The notes beneath the pieces are model-generated. The model was given only the letters and a program-made list of their open reading frames with translations. It ran no database searches and was not told where the DNA came from. From contig NC_092676.1 of the NCBI RefSeq assembly GCF_964355755.1, positions 2,857,788 to 2,921,787 of the forward strand: a stretch of 64,000 nucleotides of DNA, in the 5' to 3' direction. Position numbers and translations under genes: made by a program. The stretch is from Antedon mediterranea (Eukaryota > Animalia > Echinodermata). Shown one piece after another: positions 41,699-54,300 of the stretch. Positions within the stretch are counted from its first letter, which is position 1. Every line of letters begins with the position of its first letter.

Positions 41699-44497
41699 TC
41701 AATCTCGCGGGGAATCACACGTTTCACATTTGCTGAGGGCGGGATGATTTAGGAAGGTACAGAGTCGACAACTCCATTGTTGATCTTCGTCCGGTTCCAT
41801 GACAATTATGTACCCATCTTCGCCTTCACGCACAGACGGAACTAGGAAAAATAAATCAAACATGAACCAAAAAAAAAAAAAATTAAAAAAAAAAAATTTT
41901 TTTAATCCTGAAAAATCTCTCGCAACCAGTGATTAAAATAAACATTTTATTATTTTTTATTTATTTATTCTTTCTTTTGACTGGATTACATTGATTACCT
42001 TTAAATTGTGGAACAATTGCCCTAGGGTCAGGCTGGCCTGGCTGCACTGGTCCTGGAGCACCTGTGTATCCTATATTTTCATAAAATCCTTCTTGATTCT
42101 TTCCTGTAAAAAAGTATATTCGTGATGTCAAGTATTTTTTTTCATCTAAGCTAACACTAGAGGGTGCAAAAATAATATCATAATGATATAAAAACCAAAG
42201 AGATTATATATAATTAACTAGAGATTAAAATCACGGCTTAAGCAATGTTCCCTACTCTGTCGCGCACCAGTGCTCATACGTTGCAGCATGTTGAGCGTAC
42301 TAACACGATTCCTTTATAATATATAATGTAATCACTTAAGCTCTGTCTACACCATCAAACGTTATGCGACAAAAAAATGTGATGCCCATATATGGACATG
42401 ATGATGTCATATCACTACCATATTTAAACATATCACTACCATATTTGGGCACATCACACTGACAGAGCTTTAAAGATTCAGTAAGACATACCTTGATTCT
42501 TGTGTAGTTCTATCTCACGTGTCATGCATTCAATATCAATAGCTAGCTGTCTATTGTCTTCTGAAAGCTTTGTAATCGTTTTTGCCTGCAAAAATAAAAA
42601 CACACTAATATTATTAGTAAATCACTATGCATGTTCGCTATACAAAAATGTGCAATTTTAGAAGATTTTCATAAAATAGTAAACAATAATACTAAATTAC
42701 TAATGAGATTTTATATAATAGAAAAAACACAACCAAGTGATAAGAGGCACAGAATAATAATCACTTTTACAACAGATTACTATAGTATGACCGCAATTAC
42801 ATATTAGAGTAACAAATTCTAGTGCCACCATTGTCCTAATAGATAACAACCACTTTTTAATGGTGACATTCCAACGAAGGAAATCTAACAACATGATGCC
42901 GAGCTCTGGAGATCAAAGGGTTTATCTGTGGCTGCGACAAAAATCAGTTCCACAGCCATTGCGTGCCACGGTGAATATACAATAGTACAGTACTGCATGG
43001 TATTTGTCGCAGCCAGACATAAGATCAAAGGACTGTTACAAGTTCCTATCTTGGCAAGGCGAGCTGTTGTTAGATTGCCTTAATTGTTCCAACCTACCGT
43101 ACACTGTGCGGATTTAATTGCTCGTTTAGTTGCCAGTTGTCTTTCCATTTCTTCTACTTCTTGCTTTAACTTTTCAAGGAATTCTTTTTCTTCTTTATAA
43201 TCTTTATCTAAACGTTCAGATCTCATTTTTTGATGAAGAAGCAAGGCTGAAAAAGAAATTCAACATACAGTGATGTAGCCACGAGAAATAAAGTGGTCCA
43301 ATGTTTATAAGAAAAGGAAACAACTCTGTTCAAGCAACTGGGTTTTCACAGGCCTCTGTGAAAAAGTGGTCAAGTTGAAACCTTGACCAACTGTACTGAT
43401 GGCTACGGTCCTGACATAGCTGTGTACTTTAATTAAAGAAATAAAATTAAATTACTAAGTAAATAATTTTCCCATTTAGCAGCCAATAAATAAATTTTGA
43501 AAATTATTACTATACCTTGTGTATAAGCATATTCTTCCTGTTCTTTGGTGATTGGTAATGGTGGTTGGTTCATATCTGGTTTCAACTCTGGACTATCCGT
43601 CAGAGAGCTCAGACTAGACGCTGGCGACATCATAGGCTTAATCGGTGCTGGCGTACCAAGGAATAGATCATTAGGAGTAGAGATTAAAAGCGGTTTGAGT
43701 TGTTTCCCGAGGTAGTGTCTACCGAGCATAGGACTCGTGTTTGCGTGGTGCAATACAGCATTTGACCTGCTGGATGTTGGGGTCACTGGTAAACTTTGTC
43801 TGTGGTAATTCAAACTTGATATAACCGTGTTATCGGAAGTTTGCAATGTAGAACTGACATTGTATGGATAATGGCCGTCATTGGAAACATACCGCGGATC
43901 CGACATTGGTACGGGGGAATGACGTTCTGGCTGGTTTATGTACACACTCGCAGTCGTAGAGCATGAACGTGGTTGCGGTGGCGCACTTCGGTTATGGTAT
44001 GTATATGGTACATATGGAGGTGTATAAGGGTATTGGAGCATGAACGTTGACTTATCAGGTGGAGCGGAGACGGGTCTTTGTTTTGCGTCAAGATGTATCG
44101 AAGCCTCTGATATACTTCGCTCATAGTGTACAGTAACATTGGGTTCACTGTAACGGTGCTTTTGAGGTGGAGAATGTCCATGAGAATGTACACCATTTGC
44201 ATTATGTCTAAGATTGGGAATCGCTGTTGTTCTATAACTAGCTGGATAAGATTGCAACGCTAGTTGACAAGCTTCATAATTATTAGGATTCTGCGAAAAA
44301 AAGTAAATGTAAACAAAAAGTTAATTGTAAAACTAGATTTTATTTCATCATTTTACCGAACTATACAGTACTGTAGGTGAACACCATAGACTACTGACCT
44401 GTGCAATAACGCTGCGGATGAAAGGATCTGGAATTTGAGGAAAAGCTGCCCTTAAGCATTGCAGCATACGATGATTTGGATCTGCTGATGTTGCCAT
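41699..44497 (-). CDS. TAB2: TAK1-binding protein 2/3 homolog, 454 aa, 6 coding exons
   Basis: Exons 44497-44399, 44290-43516, 43246-43098, 42585-42492, 42103-41999 and 41841-41699 are phase-consistent. N-terminal CUE ([18 protein letters not shown]), coiled coil ([23 protein letters not shown]) and C-terminal NZF finger ([25 protein letters not shown]). A probable non-coding exon 1 lies at ~45111-45200. Confidence 0.93.
42898..43070. repeat. Unclassified dispersed palindromic repeat; second copy at ~62658-62828
   Basis: Both copies share GCTCTGGAGATCAAAGGGTTTATCTGTGGCTGCGACA...TGTC(G/A)CAGCCAGACATAAGATCAAAG...GTTCCTATCTTGGCAAGGC. Confidence 0.85.
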
Positions 44498-45110
44498 TCT
44501 AATATTATTTCACATTATTTTATAACAAAAAATGCTTGATTAATCAGCTTGAAAACATGCATCTGGAATAAAAAAAAAATACATGAATAATATAATACAA
44601 AATTAGCAAGATCAGGGATTTTAAAATAGAAGAGGCACAGGGCATAACAAAAATGACACACTGGCAAGAAAAATAGTCATTATTTATATGATGGGGCATG
44701 TGGCAAAGCGATTTAGGCCTAGTTATTTATGCCATCCCCAGATAGTTGTAAATGGTATCCTCTCACACATTCATGGTAAATGAAATCTAGTTGCGCGTAA
44801 ATGATACTCCCATAAGAGTGCATTAGTTAGGCCTAACTTAACTAGCCTAGCCCTATTAGGGGCCTAGGCCCTCTAGTAGGCCTATAAAATAGAGGAGGCC
44901 TCTTTTAGGGCCTGGCCTAGGTGTAGTAGTAGGCCTAGCCTAGCCTAGTAGTAGTACTAGGCCCTAGACTGAGTAGGGGTAGGCCTAGCCTACTTCTTCA
45001 GTTTTAAGGTATATTATACATATATAATGGTGAAATTAACCGACATCTCTACTGTTGAATTAAGTTAATGTTGTTTAGTTTATTTTAAAAAAGGTGTGGT
45101 GTTTACTCAC

Positions 45111-46089
45111 CTGACATTAAATAAATATTTCTTATTATAAAGTCGCATCGACGACAGACACCGTACCGACGACCGATAACGATATACGGGGAAATTGTGA
45201 AAGTCGCGAGAATTAAGTGAACCACAACAGCGCCACCTGTCGCTACAGTAAAGTTTAGAGCTAGCTACAAAAGGTGCTAAAAGGTGGTCTAGATTTCTAA
45301 AATTCTTGAAAAAAACGATTCGATATGAAGAGATGATAATATTTTAAATTTTGTTTTCAGTTATTCTGGTAATTGATAACATTTTTTTCAGAAAATATAC
45401 AGTTATAACTGATAGACAACTTAATATAATTTCTTTTTTTCACCGTGAATTTACCCAAGACATTATTATATTTTTTTAATGGGATTTTATGTTTAAACTA
45501 TAAAGTTACTAATATTAGTAATAATAACGCATTTTGAATACAAATGTAATATAATAGTTTATAATACTAAAATGCTATTTAAAACCTAAAATTGACGGAA
45601 ACATTGAAAATTATGTGTCCACCTGAAAAAAAAAAAAATTCATTCATCAATAAACAAGTAAACAAGTAAATTACATAAAGCATAAAGATATAAAGTTGAG
45701 CAGACGACATAGATATAAAACAGCCGAGCAAAACACTTACAAAACTAGTTTAATAAAAATATATATATTAAATAATATCATTTAAGTAAATATTTAATTC
45801 TGGCATAATAAGTATTATTATTTTATAATAAGTATAATTTTGTATATGTTTATTATAATTTAAATTGATAATAAAGATACATAATCGGACGAGCCTAAAT
45901 ATCTTGACACACAAATACGTCATACTTCTAAATACGGAACAATCATAATAAAAACCACCAGACCAAAGAATATTATTATTCACGGTCATCTGAGAGTGAG
46001 TGAGAAGTGTTAATATTTTGTTCTAATATTCACCGACACTGACAGCAAAACATCAATTACTATAACAACTTAGACATATATATTCGAAA
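45111..46089. promoter_or_regulatory. Divergent (head-to-head) promoter region of TAB2/3 and CHMP1B
   Basis: The genes diverge within ~1 kb. There is a CpG-rich patch at 45140-45245 with TCGCGAGA and a CTCF-like CAGCGCCACCTGTCG. Confidence 0.6.
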
Positions 46090-48628
46090 ATGTCTTCACA
46101 AATGGAAAGTATCCTTTAAAATTTAGTTAAGACTATGAAAAATGACACTGAAAGTTTCAGCAGGCTAGCATCCCTCCGACCGTGAGCCTGGCGTCTAGCC
46201 TACAGTAGGCCAGGCCTAACTAGTAGTAGTGAAGTATGCTAGCCAGCTAGGAGGAGCCTAATAATAGGCTACCTAGCTAGCTCAGATGGACGGGTACCCC
46301 CTGACGGAGGTTCCTGGCTCTCTGGTGGTGATTTGGTAAGCAGTCTCCAGGCTACTTATGACTTATTTATTGATTGATTAATCCATTTATTTGGTGATAA
46401 AAGTTGCTTTGGATCGATCCGTTGCTTTTTTTAAAATTTAAATTTATTTAGTCTTTCACTTCCCCCCACCCTATAATTCAAGTTTTAAAAGATGAAGCAT
46501 TTTTATTTGCAGTTGCTGCTGGGCACGTATAGAATCTGTTTGATTACTAATACAACTGCTATCTAACCAATTCACAATATCTTATTATAATGCTTATAAG
46601 TTTCAACAACAGCCACTTTTCAAACTGGTTACGAATTCATTCCTCTAACTATACTGTTGATGCGTTAATTTGAGTGAGGACAGAATAGTTAAATCCACAT
46701 GTCATAATTTAGTATTCTGTTTACTGTTTTTAATCACTATAGTAACAAACCGTCCTTAAATAACTTACAGGACCCTATTCATCATCTACCTGCAATTCTG
46801 ATAAACAAATATAACAATAATGAATTATTCATTCCATCTGAAGTTAAACTTACTATAATACTGTGCTTAGGTCTAGTAGTACTAGTAGGTGCAATTTAGT
46901 GATCTGTATTGGTGGGATTTGTAATTTAGATTGTTTAGACTTATTTGAAGTAAAATAATTCTATTAATAATATGAGTAAACAAAGTGCTAATACCCCTAA
47001 CCATATTGAAGAACATCTTTTTAATTTGAAATTTTCTGCAAAATCACTGCAAAGAGAGTCAAAGAGATGTGAAAAGGAAGAAAAAGCAGAGAAAATGAAA
47101 TTAAAAAAGGTAGAGTTGACTATTTTTATCTTATGTTTTTATGTATTACAAAATAAAAGTTTATTTTCAACCAAAGTTTTCACAGATAAGGACTTAAATC
47201 TGAAGGTCCAGTGTACACATCTATTTTGTGTGTACTTTAAAGAACACATCTTTCGGTAGGGGTTGTCCTGGTGTATTGGTGGTCCATTTCAGCCCTGAGG
47301 ACGTACTAATGAGTGCCGTTTAGTTGAAACTGGACACAAAGGAACACTTACGAGATGAAAGTTGTTGTATGTGTAACATTTATCTAGTCAACTGTGCTTA
47401 GATAGTCCATTACAAATAGGAAGCGCATTTAAGTATAAACCGTTTTACGTTATTTGTAGGCTATTCAAAAGGGGAACGTGGAGGGCGCCAAAATACACGC
47501 AGAAAACTCCATAAGAAACAAGAACCAAGCATTGAATATGTTACGCATGAGTGCACGCGTTGACGCTGTAGCTAGTCGTGTGCAATCAGCCGTGGCAATG
47601 AAAAAAGTGACATCATCAATGGCTGGGGTGGTCAAGTCGATGGATAGCGCTATGAGGTCAATGAACTTAGAAAAGGTAACCATAACTTATACAAATAATG
47701 AATGTTTATGAGTGCAATGGTATAAATAATCTCATGAGGTGAAAATATAGATCATTTCATTTCTTATTCGATGAAATTATTTGTACATTGATTTGTTTTA
47801 TGTAATAGTAAAATCATAATAATATCGAACATTTATAAAGCGCTCTTTACCGGAGTCTCACAGCGAAATATATTGAAATACAGTAGGTGAGATTTCAATA
47901 TTTTAAAGTGAGATATAACGCATCTACTTTTAGTGAGAGACCAGGCCAAAGCCTAAATTATTCATTCGGTAATTTTAGGTTTCAGCTTTGATGGAAAAAT
48001 TTGAAAAACAATTTGAAAACTTGGATGTACAATCGGCAAGTATGGAAGAGACGATGAGCTCTTCAACGACGATGAGTACGCCACAAGCGGACGTGGATAG
48101 CCTGATGCAGCAAGTAGCGGACGAAGCTGGGTAAGTACAGCGTTGTGTTTATAGCGCTCTCTGTTGATCACACAATTGATTGTGTCGAGTGAAGACAGTG
48201 AAACCGTAATATGTATCCATAACATTGGCAAAGGTTCAAGGCTCACTCGCTTCATGATTCTGGTGGTAGAACAAGTCTTCTGGGATAAGGACTATAAACC
48301 GTAGGTCCAGTGTACACATCTAGCTCATGTGCACTTTAAAGAACCAAATACATCTTTCGAGATGAGTAGGGGGTTACCCTGGTGTACTAGTGCATCACAG
48401 CCACTTATCAAAACTGGGCACTCTGGGAGAACAGTCTTTTACTGAAGAGGTTACCCAGTATGAATATTTGTATTTATTTATCTGAACTAAACATCTATTT
48501 GTTCTTTAAACAGTTTGGAACTAAATATGGAATTACCTACCGGTCAAACCAGTGCACTTAGCATGGGAGCCTCGACGGCTGAACAAGACGAGTTAACACA
48601 GAGACTATCAAAACTCAGGAACACATAG
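46090..48628 (+). CDS. CHMP1B: ESCRT-III charged multivesicular body protein 1B, 199 aa, 5 exons
   Basis: Exons 46090-46108, 47012-47109, 47460-47675, 47979-48130 and 48514-48628 give MSSQMEKHLFNLKF..AIQKGNVEGAKIHAEN..LRMSARVDAVA..QVADEAGLELNMELP..EQDELTQRLSKLRNT, closely matching CHMP1B. Confidence 0.95.
48185..48465 (+). mobile_element. tRNA-head SINE with Deu/Nin core (partial copy at ~47183-47290)
   Basis: Homologous to 63118-63450: GATAAGGACTATAAACCGTAGGTCC..TTAAAGAACC..GAGTAGGGGGTTACCCTGGTGT. Confidence 0.85.
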
Positions 48629-49864
48629 AGGGCAGTTTATGAATATATCGAGAAATAGTACATTTTATCCAAATGCATGTTTTTGTTTTATTTTGAAAAA
48701 CACAGAAGGGTTTGGGGAATTTATTTTGTAAAAATAATATGACCATAAGGAAAGGGTTTTGGAATTTTAATAAAGAAATATAAAAAGCATTTTCACATTC
48801 AATGTTGTTGCATACCAGAGTAGATGTAAAACTTTCCATGAAACATGTTAGCATCAAATTGTTGCTGCTGCATCTGTGCAGTATGAATGGATCTTGATAT
48901 CAATAACATTTTATGCTAGAATAGAGATATTTATGCAAAACTGTTTGGCAAAAAGACAATGTTTATAAACATGTTTAATATCAGTAAAAGATTTTTCTTA
49001 ATTGTTATGATACTGTATTTTTACCTCATACTGCATGTTCCCGTCACTATCCAACTTTTTACAAAATTATTTTCTTAGTTTTGTTTGATTTATTTTTGTA
49101 ACCGAGTGCATCAAAACACTAGTGTTATATGTACAATACAAAAATGTGATATATATATATTTTTTCGTCTATGTTTAGTACCGTAAATTGAAATTATTTT
49201 CTATTATTTATATATCAATACTTTTTTGCAAATTTTAAAGTCATAAGTGTCAATAATTTTCCTTTTTGAAATGGAATAAAAATTGTGAATACAGAAAAAT
49301 GTTTTTTCAAAAACTCAAACATAAGACAAGAATAGGTTTTACAGTGCATGCAAATTAATATTAATACTATCAGCATGGTTGACTGTGCCAATAGTTGATA
49401 TTTAGTGAGGAAGCTATCTGCATGGTTAAACCATTGCATTAAATTCATTATTTCTTATAAGCATGGTCAACCCTATATTTGATGCATTGTTTTTTTATAA
49501 TGAAGGTCAACCGTGCGCCTGATGCATTGTTTTTTATAGGGAAGGTTGACCTTGTGCCTTTATTCTGTTTATCGGCACAGAGATCTAGGTGCATGGTCAA
49601 CCATAGACGCAGAACAATTAAAAATGCTATGAATGTAGATGAAGGATGTTTCTGTAAATAGTTATTAAGACGTTTAGATCCATTGTTTACATTTACTTTA
49701 GTTAAATTATGTATACATTTGTTGAATAATAAATAACATTACTGATTGGATTTAAATGTTATCTTGCAAGATCTACCTGTAAGCCAAGATTCCTATTTGC
49801 ATTTACATCCCAGATTAATTTTTGCTAGAGTTCCACCAGCCAAAAGTATACGTTAAAAAGGACA

Positions 49865-50133
49865 CCACGCCACATCAGCAGAAGATGTGCTGAAGTGTCA
49901 CGTCAGCAGAAGGCGTGCTGTAGCACCACATCAGCAGAAGACGTGCTGAAGCGCCACATCAGCAGAAGACGTGAAATGCCACATCAACAGAAGGCGTGCT
50001 GTAGCACCACATCAGCAGAAGACGTGCTGAAGTACGTGTCACATCAGCAGAAGACGTGCTGAAGTGCCACATCAGCAGAAGACGTGCTGAAGCGCCACTT
50101 CAGCAGAAGACGTGGCGAAGTGCCACATCAGCA
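49865..50133. repeat. 28-bp GC-rich minisatellite with internal palindrome, ~10 copies
   Basis: Unit CGCCACATCAGCAGAAGACGTGCTGAAG; TCAGCA/TGCTGA forms a stem. Confidence 0.95.
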
Positions 50134-50689
50134 ATGTATTGTTAAAACAAATTTTAAAAGAAATCAAAATACCATACTTCTATTTTAATCAATTTAATTT
50201 TCTTTTTGTAACAAAAAAAACAATATTTTAACTGTCATGATTAAATCAACATTGTTTGAACTCTATTAATTTGTTCTGTATCTTAAGAAAGATTTGTGAT
50301 TGGACAACAACTGTGTAAAACATTGTTCAAGGTTTGGTATAAACGATTACAAAACAAAAATCAAGTTGCAATTATTCCTCTAATCAAATTATGGTTCACC
50401 GTTAATTTTACATTGTTTAATAAATATAATAATTTATGTTAATAAATAGTGCGTACTATAGAAAAGTAAAAGGTCATCTCATCCAACTGTGACATAACTT
50501 ATACAGATTCACAAAAGTACTTAACTTGTAAAACACCAACTATAAAATATATGTTTTTCTTTTTTTTTCTCTCATAAATATATTTCCAATTTTAAGAAAA
50601 TAGTGCATATATCAAAACAAAAAAGGTCAACCAAACTGGTGACTATATCATGTGATCAACATAGAACGGGTGTGTGCAAGAAAAGTCAC

Positions 50690-51350
50690 TGGGTCAAACT
50701 TATGATGTAGATGGATCAATGGGTCATGTGATTCCTGGTCACCTGATGTAGATGGATCAATGGGTCATGTGATACCTGATAATATGATGTAGATGAATCA
50801 ATGAGTCATATGATCCCTAATCACCTAATGTAGATGGATCAATGGGTCATGTGATCCCTAATCACCTGATGTAGATAGATCAATGGGTCATGTGATCCTT
50901 GGTCATCTGATCAATGGGTATTAATTGAAAATAAATTGGGTATGTTTTTTGATGTTGATGGAACATCATCAGACACAACCTCTGCAAAGCAACTTTTATT
51001 ATGATACCTGGTCATCAGACGGAGATGGATGAATTGAAGATGTATTTGGAATGTCTGTCGATGTTGAGGGTACATCATCGGAAGCCACTTTCATTATGAT
51101 CCCTGGTCATCAGATGTAGATGGATGAATTGAAGATGTATTTGGAATGTCTGTCGATGTTGAGGGTACATCATCGGACACACCATCTGCGAAGCCACTTT
51201 CATTATGTTCGCTGGTCAAAAAAGATCCCTGGTCATCTGACGTAGATGGATGGGTACTAGTAGAAGACGTATTGGGAATGTTTGTCGACGTTGAAGGTAC
51301 ATCACCGGACACAGCCTCTGCGAAGCCACTTTCATTAGGGTCACTAGTCA
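50690..51350. repeat. Compound tandem array spanning the SHPRH stop codon (~130-bp coding units, 41-bp UTR units)
   Basis: Shared core GATCCCTGGTCATCAGATGTAGATGGAT. Confidence 0.85.
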
Positions 51351-54300
51351 AACAATACGTTCCTATGTCATCTGAAAATATATCTTTTAAATCTCCAAGA
51401 CTGAGACCTCCAAGCTCCAACTCACTTGAGTTTACTGATGAACTAAAAAAACAAAATTGAAATTTTGTCATTTTTGTCATTTTTATTCTTGCGCTATATA
51501 CATAAAATTATCCACCGTCCACCTATCCACACAAACAGAATTCATATTTTGTTTTACACTTACTTATTCTGGGTTGTTTGCAACATGGCATGTATACGCT
51601 CTTCGATTGTATTCGCTATTAAAAATCGATGGACTACAGTTGGCCTGGAAAAAAAGCAAAACACACACAAGATATTAAAGCAATTTTAAATCTGAACTTT
51701 TTTGTAATATAAAGCATATTTGTTTATCAAATCAATCAATCTTTGTACAATAATTTAATCATCAATCATTTAATGTGTTTTGTTGCTGAGTTAAAAGGTC
51801 ATAAAATTATTGGTGATAGTGTCTCCTTCTTTTCATTGTGTTTTTTTTATGTAATACTTATATAAAAATAAAATGAATACAATCTTACTTAGTTTGTCCA
51901 ATACGATGAACTCTCCCAATCGCTTGAAGCTCATTGGCCACATTTAAAATCGGTTCAACCAATAGCACATGAGTTGCTTCGATAACATTCAGCCCCTTGG
52001 CTCCTGATTGGACGGGAAGTAGAAGAGTTGTAACTTTTTCATCATGCTTGAATTCCATGAGTTTACTTTGGAATTGCGGATGTCCGCCATATTGAACCTG
52101 ACGATAATCAACATCGTTATCTCGCAACCCTTGAGCTATAACGTCCAACACATCTGTCCACTGACGTTTAAAAAACAGAAAATCAATTTCTTAAACTATC
52201 CCTTTTATAATTTGTTCAGTATAATAATAATAGATTTATATAATGCTAATAAACAATGTATCGATGCGCTCGAGTGGAAACAAAAAGGAAGAGAACAAAA
52301 AGACAAAAACACCAAGCTAGCACCCAAACCGGAGTGTGGGGATACATCATCACCGCTAACTGGGGATCAGTGTGTAAGTACCCCAGTTAGCATCGGTTAA
52401 GTCTTGATCTTTACAGGGATCCGGTGCCCCCTAGCCTAGTCCGAAAACAACAACAGGCGAGAAAGTATATGGCAAATTCTGTATTTAATTACTATTATCA
52501 TATAAGGTCGAGTATAGTCATAGGGTCAGACATTTTGGGTGGGATACTACCTGGTTACAATAACAATGGAATCCATATGTAAGCATCATTAACAAATTTA
52601 TCCCTGATTTTAAGCTAGATTATACTTTAGTATTTACTTTCTTGTTAAAAAACCCTACACAATATTTGAAACGTTTGTTTAACATTTACCGTTGAGAAAA
52701 CTATAGACTTAGCACCAGGCTGTCGCATTTGGATTGTGAGAAGTGTTTTTATCACAGCTTCTATCTTTGTGGAGTGTCCACCCTAAAAAGAAAAGAAAAA
52801 AAAACCACACACATACGATATTAATATTTTACAAAAGCACACTGAACATTTTCCTAATAAATTTGTTTTGAAATATGAAATTAAGTTGCTTGTAATGTAT
52901 CTATATTTGGTACAGTATCATAGGCAAATTCTATGATACAGTGTCACATGTTACACCTGTATTATAGGCCATAATCCTAACTTTAATCTTGATTTGATTT
53001 AAATTTGTTAGGAAAATTATCATAAAAAATACATACAAAGTGATAACATAAATTACGGACATTACAACATTTATAAAAGATTTTCCAGGATAGCCCAAAA
53101 AAGCTTATTAGCTTATTTCCATTGGGATCCTTTTATAATCTAAAATAAAAAATATAAACATTACAAAGTATTGTATTAAACACGTAAATATAACAAAAAC
53201 AATAATATATAAAACCAGTTAAATTAAAAGACTATGATTGACTTATAGTTATTTGGTTGTGATTTAACATTTTTCTTAAAATTAATTTTGTCTTATATTC
53301 TTAACATAATAGAAGACAAGAACAGAGGATACAGGTGCCACATGTGATACATATGTGACAATGTATTATAGAATTTTCCTATGATACTGTACTGCCATAT
53401 GTGGAGATACAGAGCAAAACGGACGCTTGAAAACAAACATCTCTTACTTTAACTTTCACTCCATTGTCATTAAGATCGCTCTCCTTCAACCGCGTACTAA
53501 TGTATGATATTTCCGTCACGTAAGTAGATGAACGGCATGTTGGACACTTGATAGATTTTCGTGATCCAATTGAGGAATGTCTTTGTATGAAAATATCCAT
53601 GCATTCATTGCAGAAACAATGACCACATTGTAACACTGTCCACTAAAAACGTAAAATATATCATATTAATATAATATTAGAAAGATTGATGAGCGATTAT
53701 TATAAAACCTCTCCTATTAATAATAATAATATCAAACACTTATAGAGAGGTCTTTACCAGAGTCTCACAGCGCAACATGAAAAGAATAACTATTGAAATA
53801 GGTGAGTTTTCAGGAGAGAAAAGAGGATGGAGTGTAATGGATGGAACGAGGAAGTTGGTTCCAGATCTCTGGTGCCTGAGCAAAGAAGCACAGATTTTAG
53901 GTTGGTTGTAGGTGGTGTTAACATAAGAGGAATCATTTAAAAACGAAGACCTCTGCATAGTGGGACATATGGTTTAAGTTCATGAAGATAATGTGGAGGG
54001 ACACTTGGCCCGCAAAATGAGGAAAAATATATGTTTCAACACTATGGCCAACCCTACTTAAGGACGTAACCGTATAAGGTGACAAAAACAGGCTGATTTA
54101 ACTAAAAATAATTCATTCAGATGGTTATTAATACAAAAATGGATCTTTATAATAATTATTTTTAAATTGGGTTAAATTTAAAGATTACCTGGCAACCCAG
54201 TGGGGCAACGCATATGGGACATTGCTCTGGATTTTCTCCGTTTTCTTGTTTACTGAAGCCTGATGTTGCCAAGTTGGCTAGATAAAGCTGCTGACTTAGT

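Noticed and set aside
49865-50133. CRISPR-like 28-bp palindromic repeats
   Set aside because: Units are contiguous with no unique spacers, there are no cas genes and the context is eukaryotic.
51085-51120. Hammerhead core CTGATGA..GAAA in the SHPRH tail repeat
   Set aside because: The intervening bases cannot form stem II, and the motif is explained by Ser-Asp-Asp codons.
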